A stretch of DNA of 38,565 nt from Ferroacidibacillus organovorans (GTDB taxonomy: Bacteria > Bacillota > Bacilli > Alicyclobacillales > SLC66). This document shows positions 18,801-27,550 of the stretch, piece after piece; within the stretch, counting starts at the first letter, position 1; every line of letters begins with the position of its first letter. A model generated the notes under the pieces. That model worked only from the letters and a program-made list of their open reading frames with translations. It was not told the origin of the DNA and did not search any database. Where the stretch lies: positions 1 through 38,565 of the forward strand of contig NZ_LSUQ01000024.1 of assembly GCF_001642725.1 (NCBI RefSeq), given 5' to 3'. The translations under genes were made by a program, and so were the position numbers.

Positions 18801-19113
18801 CACCGTATTTCGCTTGATCCTGCTTGAGCAATGCGAGTTGTCCATTTAAATACTGCTTGTCGCTTTGCGTCAATCCGTGCGGATTGACAAGCACCACAAT
18901 TGCAGAAGACTTATAGGGGTGTTTTCCCTGAATGGTACCCGCGAGTCGCGACGCAATCTGCGACTCTGCCGTCGAAGGAAGAAACGGCGTGCTGTGGTGC
19001 GCGACGACCGAATTGAGGTTTGGCAGGAGCTTGACGGAGAGAACTGCACCTACGATCCAAAGAAGAATAATGAGAAAACGCAGTTTATAAATCCACGACG
19101 CGTACGATTTCAC
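15895..19113 (-). CDS. MMPL/RND-family transporter with long heptad-repeat extracellular insert (YdgH-like)
   Basis: FGAGTDYS..RFREE, ALGVDYSIFL, two TM blocks, xxLxxG heptads. Confidence 0.92.
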   Translation of the reverse strand: MKSYASWIYKLRFLIILLWIVGAVLSVKLLPNLNSVVAHHSTPFLPSTAESQIASRLAGTIQGKHPYKSSAIVVLVNPHGLTQSDKQYLNGQLALLKQDQAKYGVSTIQSAAQTPQAKSSFFSKNGTTEIAFLGMSQSDTTKAAQTGYQKMQTLFAHPPQGAHVSLTGDTPITVDNMTISMNGVSKSGGITVALILVILFLVFRSVIAPVVTLLTIGVSFLITSGIVAQLALHGFPVSTFTQTFLIAILFGAGTDYSIVMLNRFREEMTQDHPDVPAAMTAAMRGVSKTILFSAATVFVSFAVLYFANFGLYRSAVGVSVGVFFAILACMTLIPSIMAVFGRTLFWPRRPVVGAAHKPSAIWSFSGRIATRHPWWTILLSIVLLAPIAAQFTNLRSFNSLEEIPQAPSVKGFNEVANAFGIGRVMPVQVVLKSPSNLRTSQGLATIEQISQALAHAPLVSQVDSATRPTGTLLHAFELAHQNGQIAQGVTKINSGLGQLSNGLAQTASKLQQGVSGQSKLVSGAKRLSRGLAQYHQGVTQFSSHTPALATGANALATGASALDAGLTKLQSGITQEGAGFSQVSAGLTKLAPGTEQVATGLQSLQSSSAKLSGLSAQMNQALAAWIKAHPSSSDASLQQILGMSDALAQGLSQTASGTAQLASGASIIHASTVKLATGMAPLSQGMQALATASGKLTAGASSLHQGGTALANGAQQLATGATRLATSSGQLATGAAQVASGVAQSAAGTSQLQNGIAKAASGATHLHSGLSSANQALNQSQNATQNGNPGFYVPASVVAHNASLRKALNAFVSPNGHIAQFTVDLTVNPYSAAALSDVAKLRNVAQVALAMSPLHTGQVYMGGTSAGQQDLNQISNADFLRTVSLIFLAIFVLLAIMLRSLLAPLYILVSLIASYFVTMGVMQVVFVSILHYTGIDWTVPFFSLLLLVALGVDYSIFLMARFDEILKEGLAPRAAIRLAMQRMGGVVFAAAIIMAGTFGSMTVAGVTALLEIGSSVVLGLFIYTGLLLGFFVPSAVSVIGRAHHWPFFTRDEAGDETDGRRARARDGALMVD

Positions 19114-19182
19114 CGTTTTTTTGCCTACCTTTCAGAGACCTTCGCATGCGCACACGCGCTATTTCTACAGGCGAACTTGAAC

Positions 19183-19215
19183 AACCAATTATCTTTAGTA
19201 TAAAGATAATTGGTT
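19183..19215. promoter_or_regulatory. Perfect 15-3-15 inverted repeat, probable MarR operator over the MMPL promoter
   Basis: AACCAATTATCTTTA-GTA-TAAAGATAATTGGTT overlaps the -10 of a minus-strand TTGCCG-N17-TATCTT. Confidence 0.75.
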
Positions 19216-19344
19216 TGTCTCTTTCCGGCAAGGTGTGCGACCAATATTTCATGAGATCGACACGATTCAACCACTTCATGAAAAGCGTACAAGACACGGC
19301 TTATCGTTTCACGATGACCGTAATTTGATACGGGATGCCATCGC

Positions 19345-19551
19345 TCAACATTCGCTCGGTTGACAAACGGTCACTCCATCAACGTTGAAATCCTTCACAT
19401 TAAAGGTGACGATCTGTGCAGGTTTCTTGACTTTTACGTATGCGCAGAGATACGCGTCAACAAAATCGACTTCCTTCTCACGACCAAATCGCTGAAATGC
19501 TTCAACCATGGTGAATCTACGAATTTCACGCACAAAAGGCCCCTTTTTCAC
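19345..19551 (-). pseudogene. Truncated PIN-domain (VapC-like) toxin
   Basis: Only 68 aa; retains DFVDAYL and TFNVKDF but lacks the N-terminal DTN catalytic motif; start overlaps the antitoxin stop. Confidence 0.7.
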
Positions 19552-19835
19552 CGCGTCTCGACCTTTTCTTTCTTTGCCGCGTCAAGGATTTCATTCCAAT
19601 CTCGATTTCTCATCTCCGGCGCAACGCCACTGGCCAAGATACCATAAACTTCGTCAGATGTAGGTAGCTTCTCAATACTTACCACCATCATTTGATCATT
19701 GATAACACGGAATACCATACGATCACCGTTCTCCATGCGTAAAGCATTTCGAATTTCACTCGGTATGACAACTTGCCCTCGACTCGAAAGGATACTCGTT
19801 GCATTCACACCATCCGAAGATTGGAACGCGATCAT
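19548..19835 (-). CDS. AbrB/MazE-family antitoxin (VapB-like)
   Basis: SILSSRGQVVIPSEIRNALRMENGDRMVF. Start uncertain (ATG 19835 or GTG 19808). Confidence 0.85.
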   Translation of the reverse strand: MIAFQSSDGVNATSILSSRGQVVIPSEIRNALRMENGDRMVFRVINDQMMVVSIEKLPTSDEVYGILASGVAPEMRNRDWNEILDAAKKEKVETR

Positions 19836-20055
19836 CTGACCAGCCCGACCTCGTATCACGTTCAACGACCGCAATCAAAATCCTCTTTTTTGATGATGTT
19901 TTAATCGAAAAAAATCTTGGTACTTTACCACAGGCACAAACTCCTATCAATCGACGTCTTATTCTTAGTATATTCCATACTATTTCTCGAAATAAGATAC
20001 ATTTATATCGTCTTTAGAATTTTTTTATTCTTACTGTGTTGCCTCGTTTGCACAC

Positions 20056-20087
20056 AAAAAATCAAAGAGGACCCGAAGGTCCTCTTT
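20056..20087 (-). terminator. Intrinsic terminator with cUUCGg loop
   Basis: AAAGAGGACC-UUCG-GGUCCUCUUU followed by GAUUUUUU on the minus strand. Confidence 0.88.
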
Positions 20088-20282
20088 TGTCGACGGATGA
20101 TTGGCCGTACGTGTTTCCTCGTACTAAGCTGTGAGGCTTGAACCTTCACCGAGGAGATCAAAGACGTGGAAACAACCGTAATTGTCTTTAGCACATCCCT
20201 CCAACTTCTTTAACGAAGTGGAATGACCATCCTACCTTGAGTGAGACGTTACGTTTTCCAACGCAACCACACCCTCTCTTCC
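20056..20282 (-). ncRNA. Unidentified structured RNA candidate downstream of the sigma54 activator
   Basis: Hand-folded: GNRA hairpin, five-way junction with loop-loop complementarity, T-loop-like hairpin, own terminator. G-U pairs and tetraloops favour the minus strand. Confidence 0.55.
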
Positions 20283-20289
20283 ATCGACC

Positions 20290-21768
20290 TTAGTCATTCT
20301 GTCCAGTGCGCGTTGTCTTATTCACCTCTGCAGAGCGCACTCCAGAAGCCGCAATGTTTCGTGAAATACCCCACTTCTTCATCTTGGACTGCAGCGTCTG
20401 CCGCGGAATCTCAAGCATGGCCGCGGCAGCGCTTAAGTTCCATTCGCAAGCGGCGAGCGCATGCACAATCATGTCACGTTCAAGCGCCTCCACACTGGCT
20501 GCAAGCCCCTGCTGCCGCCTGTCTGCAACAGGCTGTAGGCCCTTCGGCGCGTCCGTACCACCGCGCGGCGCGTGATGCTGTGTGAGATATTGCGGCAGGT
20601 GGCTCACATCGATCCACGCATCTTCCACCAGATTCATCGCGGACTCGAGCGCGTGACGCAATTCCCGCACATTCCCAGGCCATGTCGCGTCACGCAACAC
20701 CCGCAAGGCGCCTGGGGTCAGTCCGCGCACCGTCATGCCAAACCGCGCATTACAATCCCCCACAAAGTGATCGATCAGAAGTTCCAGATCCCCTCGTCGT
20801 TGCGCGAGCGCGGGAAGGCGCAAAGAAACCACCTGAATGCGATAAAAGATATCCTCGCGCAACATCTTCTCGCGCACCGCCGCCTCCGGTTCCACATTCA
20901 TCGCCGCCAAGATGCGCACATCAATTGCGCGCGACTTTTGATCCCCCAAGCGGCGAACGTGCTGGTCGTCGAGCACACGCAGGAGTTTTGCCTGAAGGTC
21001 AATCGGAAGCGCGTGGATCTCATCTAAAAAGAGCGTGCCTTCACTCGCCAATTCAAACAGTCCGGCGCGGTTTTCGGCGCCAGTGAAACTCCCCTTCACC
21101 GTGCCAAAAAGTATACCTTCAAGGAGCGGGCCAGGGAGCGCCGCGCAATTTTGCGCGATAAAGGGTCCGTTTGCGCGCGGACTCGCCGCGTGAATGCCCT
21201 GTGCAAAAAGCTCCTTTCCCGTGCCTGTCGGCCCATAGATCAAGACCGGGGACGACGTGCGCGCCGCGCGTTTTGCACGCGCTTTCATCTCAAGCAAAGT
21301 AGGGTCCGCAGTGAGTACGTCATCAAGCGTATAGCGCACCGCCGCCGAGCGCTCCCCTGAGCGTGGCGGACGCGTGGCCGCCTGGAGTTCGACGACGCGT
21401 TCTGCGAGATGCTGCACCTCCGTAATGTCTTGCGCGATCTCCAAGGCGCCATAGAGCCGCCCATCGCGGTACACGGCACGCGTCGCATTCGCGGTGTGCA
21501 CCTCATCCCCGCGAAAGTTCCGATACGATTGCCGGCGCAAGAGCACTGGATCACCTGAGCGCAACACCCGCAGCAGCGAGCTTGTCTCTTCCGTCAACGA
21601 AGGATACACATCGAGCACATGCCGCCCTAGCACCTCCTCGCGCGAAAGGCCGTCAAGCGTTGCCGCCGTTTGATTGTAGAGAATTGTCACTCCACAGTCA
21701 TTGACCGCATGAACGCCAACGCGAACGGATTCGAGCAGCGCGTGAAGCCATACATCCTCATCCTTCAT
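20290..21768 (-). CDS. PAS-domain sigma54-dependent activator, RocR/KamR type
   Basis: PAS, GPTGTGKE, ILFGTVKGSFTGA, LFLDEI, WPGNVREL, C-terminal Fis-type HTH. Confidence 0.92.
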   Translation of the reverse strand: MKDEDVWLHALLESVRVGVHAVNDCGVTILYNQTAATLDGLSREEVLGRHVLDVYPSLTEETSSLLRVLRSGDPVLLRRQSYRNFRGDEVHTANATRAVYRDGRLYGALEIAQDITEVQHLAERVVELQAATRPPRSGERSAAVRYTLDDVLTADPTLLEMKARAKRAARTSSPVLIYGPTGTGKELFAQGIHAASPRANGPFIAQNCAALPGPLLEGILFGTVKGSFTGAENRAGLFELASEGTLFLDEIHALPIDLQAKLLRVLDDQHVRRLGDQKSRAIDVRILAAMNVEPEAAVREKMLREDIFYRIQVVSLRLPALAQRRGDLELLIDHFVGDCNARFGMTVRGLTPGALRVLRDATWPGNVRELRHALESAMNLVEDAWIDVSHLPQYLTQHHAPRGGTDAPKGLQPVADRRQQGLAASVEALERDMIVHALAACEWNLSAAAAMLEIPRQTLQSKMKKWGISRNIAASGVRSAEVNKTTRTGQND

Positions 21769-23098
21769 CTAACCACTCCCTAGGGAAAAGCACGCGCGAT
21801 ACACTGGCGCGACGCGACTTTACCGCCTCGACAATGAACGATTGACGCGCGAGTTCCGTCGCGTTCCCGCTTGCGTCAAACAAATAAATCTGCTCAAACG
21901 TTGGGTCGTGTTCATCCGAACCGAGATACGAATCCTTATATGCCTGACTCCCCGCCTGATCAAAGATGACGTAAGACGCGGCTGGCAACCCCTTCTTTTT
22001 CGCAATGCGTCCCATGCGCGCCAGCCACCTCTCCGCCTCTTCCATCGAGTGAACATCCACGCTGTGAAAGAGATGCCGATTCAAAAGACGCTGCGACAAA
22101 TCAGCCAGCACCGGGTCTTCATGCCGCGTGAACGCACGCAGCGCAGACCACAGGAGGTGATCATCCAGTTCCAAATAATCCGAGATCACAGACCACTCTG
22201 CCGTGGCTGCACTCACGCCATTCACCTCTGCCATGCGCAAATCCCCTCGCAAGAGCGCGCGCATCGCTGGAAAGCCAGGGAGATCCGCGCCGACTTCCGC
22301 CGCGCGCGCAAGCGTGCGCTCGACTTGCACCTCGGCAGAGCGCGTCAAACGATGAAAATAGACATGAAGATACATATAATAGCGACACATGATATAGTCC
22401 TCAGCGATGCTCTGACCGCGCGCCAAGTCAAGTCCAATCTCCGGCTCCCCCTGCACCTCGCCGATGCGCATGACATGAAGGAGCCACTCCACGTCAAACG
22501 TCCCATAACCCGCCCCCGTCATCAGGGCATCGCGCAAGAGATAGTCCGTGCGATCCATATCAAGCTGTGAAGAGAGCAACTTTACAATCGCGCGGCTCTC
22601 CGGAAAATCCTTTTCAATCAGTCGCGCCACCTGTTCGGCGAATCCGCTGGCGTACGCTTCAAGCACCTGATGAACCTCTGTCTTTTTACTGCGGATCATT
22701 GCCGACGTGAATCGTTCGTGGCGAATGCCCGTAACTGCTTCGAGAGCGTGTGAGAATGGCCCGTGACCGATATCGTGAAGCAAAGCCGCCGCTAGCGCGA
22801 GATGGCGATACTCGCGCAGTGCATACGCCCCGCGCGTTTGCTCTCCCGCGCGATCCTCATCGAGAAAGCGGCGCGTGAGATGGGCGACGCCAAGCGAGTG
22901 TACGAAGCGGGAATGCTCGGCGCCTGGGTACACGATGTTGCTGAGTCCCAACTGTCGAATGCGCCGCAAGCGCTGAACTTCCGCCGTATTGATCAGATCG
23001 ATAAGCAATTGGTCATCCTCGCCAAACGCGATGAGATTGTGCACAGGATCGCGAAAACTCTTCACGTCACCCACCCCCTTGAGACGATCTCCGTTCAC
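21758..23098 (-). CDS. HD-domain phosphohydrolase (YwfO/dNTP triphosphohydrolase-like)
   Basis: RDPVH, QRLRRIRQLG, HSRFVHSLG, LLHDIGHGPFSH, DMDRTDYLLRD. Confidence 0.92.
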   Translation of the reverse strand: MNGDRLKGVGDVKSFRDPVHNLIAFGEDDQLLIDLINTAEVQRLRRIRQLGLSNIVYPGAEHSRFVHSLGVAHLTRRFLDEDRAGEQTRGAYALREYRHLALAAALLHDIGHGPFSHALEAVTGIRHERFTSAMIRSKKTEVHQVLEAYASGFAEQVARLIEKDFPESRAIVKLLSSQLDMDRTDYLLRDALMTGAGYGTFDVEWLLHVMRIGEVQGEPEIGLDLARGQSIAEDYIMCRYYMYLHVYFHRLTRSAEVQVERTLARAAEVGADLPGFPAMRALLRGDLRMAEVNGVSAATAEWSVISDYLELDDHLLWSALRAFTRHEDPVLADLSQRLLNRHLFHSVDVHSMEEAERWLARMGRIAKKKGLPAASYVIFDQAGSQAYKDSYLGSDEHDPTFEQIYLFDASGNATELARQSFIVEAVKSRRASVSRVLFPREWLDEG

Positions 23099-23505
23099 GG
23101 TTCAAAATCAAGTTCAATCGCAATCGTCAGCGGATGCTCATCCACGCCATGCATGACCATCGACGCGACGATCTCCGCCTGAATGCCTTGATTGGTCACA
23201 AACACCGCGAGCGTTGACGTGTACACACGCAGTTCGATCTTCCCTTCCGGAAAATCGTAGAAACCGTCTGTTGTCTGCTCCAGTTCAAAATCGTAGGAGG
23301 CGCGAACACCGCCCACCCGCTCCACACGGATGAACGGTCGGCGCGTGAGTGAAAAGGTAACGGTCGTTTCCGTCTGCGCAAAGTTCTCCTCAGGCTCGTG
23401 ATAACTCGCCTGATAAAGCGATCCCCGCATGCGAATGCGCGCGGGCGCCTTCGTATCAAGCTCCCCCGACACAATGCGAATCGTCCCTGCTCGTTCCCGC
23501 TCCAT
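23095..23505 (-). CDS. DUF1934 (YwiB-like) beta-barrel protein
   Basis: 136-aa beta-rich ORF (YHEPE, VERVGGV, YDFPEGKIEL) directly after speB, the usual position for this family. Confidence 0.6.
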   Translation of the reverse strand: MERERAGTIRIVSGELDTKAPARIRMRGSLYQASYHEPEENFAQTETTVTFSLTRRPFIRVERVGGVRASYDFELEQTTDGFYDFPEGKIELRVYTSTLAVFVTNQGIQAEIVASMVMHGVDEHPLTIAIELDFEP

Positions 23506-24383
23506 CAGTCAGCAAACGCCAGCAGTGCTTCACGCACCACTTTGGCCGCGACAATCTGGGTTTGCTCACTCGCGTCAAGCACAGGCGCGACCTCAACGAG
23601 ATCAAATCCGACCACATTGAGCCCCTTCATTGCGTGAATCGCCGCGAGCAACTCTTTCGATGAGATGCCGCCCGCTTCCGCCGTCCCTGTTCCCGGCGCG
23701 TGCGCAGGATCAAGCACATCGATGTCAACCGTGACATAGATCGGTCGCCCCTCTAGCTGCGCCAGGCATCCGCGCAGTGGCTCAAGCACGTCAAACGGGT
23801 GAAAGTTCGTATGCTCCTTTGCCCACGCGAACTCCTCGCGCGTACCTGAGCGAATCCCGAACTGATAGATGTTCACCGGATCGACAAAGCCTGCGATTTT
23901 TTTGATAACCGCCGAGTGGGAGAGCAGTTCACCCTCATACTGATCACGCAAATCGGTGTGCGCATCAACGTGCACAATCACGATTTCCGGGATGCGTTTT
24001 GCCACAGCGCGGACCACCCCGAGCGTTACAAGATGCTCGCCGCCGAGTCCGAGCGGGAATTTCCCGTCATCAAGCCACTGACCGACATACTGCTCGATCA
24101 TAGTGAGGCTGCGCTCTGGGTTGCCGAAAGGCAGCGGGATATCTCCCATGTCAACAAAACTCGCATCCAAAAGGCTGCGGTCGAGATAGGGACTGTACTC
24201 TTCTAGTCCAAGCGATACTTCGCGGATGCGCCGCGGCCCGAGACGCGTACCTGGACGAAACGACGTCGTCCAGTCCATCGGCATGCCATAGATTACAGCG
24301 CGCGCCGCATCGTACCCCTCTTTTGCGCTGATAAACGTCTGCCCTGCGTACGCAGGGTCAAACGGTTCGCGATGCCCTCTCAC
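23505..24383 (-). CDS. speB: Agmatinase
   Basis: [35 protein letters not shown]. Confidence 0.96.
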   Translation of the reverse strand: MRGHREPFDPAYAGQTFISAKEGYDAARAVIYGMPMDWTTSFRPGTRLGPRRIREVSLGLEEYSPYLDRSLLDASFVDMGDIPLPFGNPERSLTMIEQYVGQWLDDGKFPLGLGGEHLVTLGVVRAVAKRIPEIVIVHVDAHTDLRDQYEGELLSHSAVIKKIAGFVDPVNIYQFGIRSGTREEFAWAKEHTNFHPFDVLEPLRGCLAQLEGRPIYVTVDIDVLDPAHAPGTGTAEAGGISSKELLAAIHAMKGLNVVGFDLVEVAPVLDASEQTQIVAAKVVREALLAFAD

Positions 24384-25213
24384 TTTGCGATCAACTCCTT
24401 GGCGAACCGCGGGAGCGCAAACGCTGCGGCGTGCAGATCGGGCGTGTAATACTTTGTCTCAAGCGAATTTGCGCGCGCAGGATCGGCAATCATTTTAGGA
24501 TCATACTGCTTACTGCCAATCGTGAAGCTCCAAAGTCCGCTCGGATACGTCGGAATCGAAGCCAGGTAGAGGTGCGTGTGTGTAAACAGCGATGAGAAAT
24601 CGCCATAGACGCGAGAGATCAGTTCACCATTAAAAAATGGCGACTCCGTCTGCGCGACGACAATGCCATCCGGGCGTAGAGCGCGATGAATTGCTTCATA
24701 AAAATCGCGCGCAAAAAGCCCCACCGCAGGTCCGATCGGATCCGTCGAATCAACGATAATCACATCATACTGGCCTTCACTCTCGTTGACATGTGCAATG
24801 CCGTCAATCACGCGAACCGAAACGCGCGGATCATCAAGCGCACATGCAATCGCCGGCAAATACTTCTTCGAGACATCAATGACGCGCCCGTCAATCTCTG
24901 CGAGCACGGCGTGTGTCACACTCGGATGCTTGATCACTTCGCGAATCACGCCACCATCCCCGCCACCGACGACGAGCACTCTCTGCGGGTTTTTGTGTGC
25001 GCTAAGCGCCACATGCGAGATCATCTCGTGATACACAAACTCGTCGCGATCGGTCGTCATCACACAGCCGTCAAGCACGAGCATGCGTCCCCACTCCAGC
25101 GTATCAATCATCGCGATGTCTTGAAACTCACTCGTCTCTGTGTGAAGAGACTCTTTAATCTTCGCTGTGATGCCGTAATTCGCCGTCTGTTTTTCCGTAT
25201 ACCAAAGTTCCAT
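24380..25213 (-). CDS. speE: Polyamine aminopropyltransferase (spermidine synthase)
   Basis: [36 protein letters not shown] 25213 behind GAGGAG. Confidence 0.96.
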   Translation of the reverse strand: MELWYTEKQTANYGITAKIKESLHTETSEFQDIAMIDTLEWGRMLVLDGCVMTTDRDEFVYHEMISHVALSAHKNPQRVLVVGGGDGGVIREVIKHPSVTHAVLAEIDGRVIDVSKKYLPAIACALDDPRVSVRVIDGIAHVNESEGQYDVIIVDSTDPIGPAVGLFARDFYEAIHRALRPDGIVVAQTESPFFNGELISRVYGDFSSLFTHTHLYLASIPTYPSGLWSFTIGSKQYDPKMIADPARANSLETKYYTPDLHAAAFALPRFAKELIAK

Positions 25214-25333
25214 CGTGACACTCCTCATTCTCACAATAAACACCTTCGCTAGTATAACAAATCAAGCGATCCCGCGACGACTTCTTTCTTGCGACAGAAT
25301 TTTGCCTGACCACCTTTTGAACTCGCACACACG

Positions 25334-25365
25334 GTGATTTCGCTTCACGAATCTGGGGCATACTG
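25334..25365 (+). promoter_or_regulatory. Possible forespore (SigF/SigG) promoter of the PBP gene
   Basis: GGGCATACTG -10-like element at 25356-25365 with a weak -35 (GTGATT). The B. subtilis counterpart pbpG is forespore-expressed. Confidence 0.35.
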
Positions 25366-25387
25366 GAAACGCAAGGAGGCGATCGCA

Positions 25388-27478
25388 TTGCGCAAATGGA
25401 AACTTCACCCACTCTTACTGACGCCTGCCACACTTTTTCGCATCACCGTCGAATCCCCACGCGCGCCGCGCGCGCGTGAAGCTCGCCGCATGCTGCGCGT
25501 ATTCCACGCAAAACCGTTGATTCTCATCGGTTCAAGTTTGTGCAGTTTCCTTCTATGCACGCTGGGTTACTTAAAATACGCGCCACTTCCTAAGGGGATC
25601 ATCATGGATCCTTCGCGCATTCTCGCATCTGATGGAAAGGGGCTTGCTGATCTTGTATCCGCGGGAGTCACGCGTCAAGTGGTCACTCTCGCCGACATTC
25701 CCCTGAGCCTTCAAGAGGCGACGGTCGCGATCGAAGACCGCCAGTTTTACGCGCATCACGGCGTCAACCTAAAAGGCATTACGCGCGCGCTCTTGGCAAA
25801 CGTCGGCGCGGGCCACGTTGTGCAAGGCGGCTCTACGATCACGCAACAACTCGCCAAAAATCTTTTCTTAACGAGTGATCGCACACTGTCGCGCAAGATG
25901 CGCGAGTTGCTCCTCGCCATGCAACTGGAGTGGCACTATACAAAATCACAAATCCTTAGTGACTACTTGAATGTCATCTACTATGGAGAAGGCGCCACAG
26001 GAATCGGAACCGCCTCCCTCTCCTATTTTGGAAAACCCGTCTCTCACTTGACCCTGGCGGAAAGCGCGATGCTCGCAGGACTTCCCAAGGGCCCTAGTCT
26101 CTATGATCCGCTCACGCATCCAAAAGCGGCAAAGGAGCGACAAACTACGGTGCTCTCCGCCATGGTACACGCAGGTTTCATAACGACGGCGGCGGCGCGC
26201 GCCGCAGAGCGGCAACCGCTCACGTATATCCGGCGCTCCGCGGCGCAAACGGATGCGCCCTATTTTGTCGACGCGGCAACGCGCGACTTAAAACAGCAGT
26301 TTCATCTGACGAGTGACGACCTTTACCGCGGCGGTCTCATGATCCACACGCCCCTTGATGTTACACTTGCGCATCACGTCGATCAGATCATCAAGGCAAA
26401 ATTGCGGCCGTTTCCGGGACTGCAGGCGGCGGTCGTCGTAATGGACCCGCAAAACGGCGATATTTTGGCCTATTCGGGTGGCCGCGACTATCGCACAAGC
26501 CCCTATGATCGCGCGCAAGCCATGCGGCAACCGGGCTCCACCTTTAAGGCGATGGTCTATGCGGCGGCGCTCGATGGTGGAAAGACACCGGCGACCCGCT
26601 ACAAGAGTGCCCCAACTGCATTTTCCCTCTCCCGTGCGTCAGGCTCTGCCTATCTTGTGCACAATTTTGCAGATGACTACGCTTATCACAACCTCGACAT
26701 GCAGCAGGCGATCGCGCGCTCCGACAACGTGTACGCTGTGCACACAGCAATCGACACAGGTCTTCTTCACGTCATCCAGACGGCGCGCGCGCTTGGACTG
26801 CCAGATGACATGAAACCTTATCCGAGTCTCGCGCTCGGCGTGTTTCCTGTCTCAACGCTGCAAATGGCGCGCGCCTACGCGGCGTTTGCAAACGGCGGTC
26901 TGCTCGTTCATCCGCATTTTGTCTCGCGTGTCACCGATTCACAAGGTCACGTGCTGCGCCGCGCGCCAGACGATCGCTTACAAGTGTTGCGCCCAAGCAT
27001 CGCCGCGCAGATGACCCAGATGTTGACGCACGTCATGAAACCGGGCGGAACCGGATATCGCGTCTCCAACATCTTGACTGAGCCTGTCGCCGCAAAGACG
27101 GGAACCACCGACACTGACGCGTGGATGGTCGGCTATACGCCGCGCGCCGTGTGCGCCGTGTGGGTCGGATATGATCAGATGCGCCCGCTCAGTTCACTCG
27201 CCTCACACGTGGCCGCCCCGATTTTTGCCAATGTGATGGAACAAACGATTCTCAAGTACCCAAGTGGCGGCTTTGAGACAACGACTGCAACCGGAATCGA
27301 AAACGTGGCGATCGATCCGGAGACGGGCCAGCGCGCCACTTCGATGTGCCCCGACCGCGATGTCTTACCGTTTCGCGCTGGCACGGCGCCAACTGTCTCG
27401 TGTGTGGCGCACCCAGAGAAAAATGCTCCCGTGTGGGAGCGCGCCTGGAATGCGGTGCGCTCACTTTTCGGTGGATAA
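25388..27478 (+). CDS. Class A penicillin-binding protein (PbpG/YwhE-like)
   Basis: EDRQFYAHHG, GGSTITQQLAKN, RKMRE, STFK, SDN, KTG; divergent from speE. TTG 25388 behind AAGGAGG. Confidence 0.93.
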   Translation: MRKWKLHPLLLTPATLFRITVESPRAPRAREARRMLRVFHAKPLILIGSSLCSFLLCTLGYLKYAPLPKGIIMDPSRILASDGKGLADLVSAGVTRQVVTLADIPLSLQEATVAIEDRQFYAHHGVNLKGITRALLANVGAGHVVQGGSTITQQLAKNLFLTSDRTLSRKMRELLLAMQLEWHYTKSQILSDYLNVIYYGEGATGIGTASLSYFGKPVSHLTLAESAMLAGLPKGPSLYDPLTHPKAAKERQTTVLSAMVHAGFITTAAARAAERQPLTYIRRSAAQTDAPYFVDAATRDLKQQFHLTSDDLYRGGLMIHTPLDVTLAHHVDQIIKAKLRPFPGLQAAVVVMDPQNGDILAYSGGRDYRTSPYDRAQAMRQPGSTFKAMVYAAALDGGKTPATRYKSAPTAFSLSRASGSAYLVHNFADDYAYHNLDMQQAIARSDNVYAVHTAIDTGLLHVIQTARALGLPDDMKPYPSLALGVFPVSTLQMARAYAAFANGGLLVHPHFVSRVTDSQGHVLRRAPDDRLQVLRPSIAAQMTQMLTHVMKPGGTGYRVSNILTEPVAAKTGTTDTDAWMVGYTPRAVCAVWVGYDQMRPLSSLASHVAAPIFANVMEQTILKYPSGGFETTTATGIENVAIDPETGQRATSMCPDRDVLPFRAGTAPTVSCVAHPEKNAPVWERAWNAVRSLFGG

Positions 27479-27550
27479 AGCGTCGCTCCTGCGCTGCGCC
27501 AGTACGGTGTGCATATGCTATACTTTCAGTAAAAAATGAGGAGAACGCAC

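Noticed and set aside
20101..20160. HDV-like ribozyme suggested by UCCUCG on both strands
   Set aside because: No P1/P2 partner strands for the nested double pseudoknot.
20003..20194. 63-aa minus-strand ORF and a nearby GRMVIP AbrB-like fragment
   Set aside because: The RBS is only 2 nt from the GTG and the ORF runs through the terminator; the fragment is too short and stop-bounded to call.
20095..20282. Identification of the structured RNA as a lysine or cobalamin riboswitch
   Set aside because: The five-way junction is reminiscent, but L-box signatures (AGAGGUGC, GCCGAA, ACUGUC) and the B12 box are absent, and the pairing loops are on different arms.
20131..20282. tRNA-Sec or another tRNA suggested by the GGAAG start and GGUUCAAGCC
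   Set aside because: No acceptor stem, no UCA anticodon arm and no CCA end could be built.
20290..21768. GSFTGA instead of GAFTGA as a sign of an inactive activator
   Set aside because: GSFTGA is a common functional variant, and a matching sigma54 promoter is nearby.
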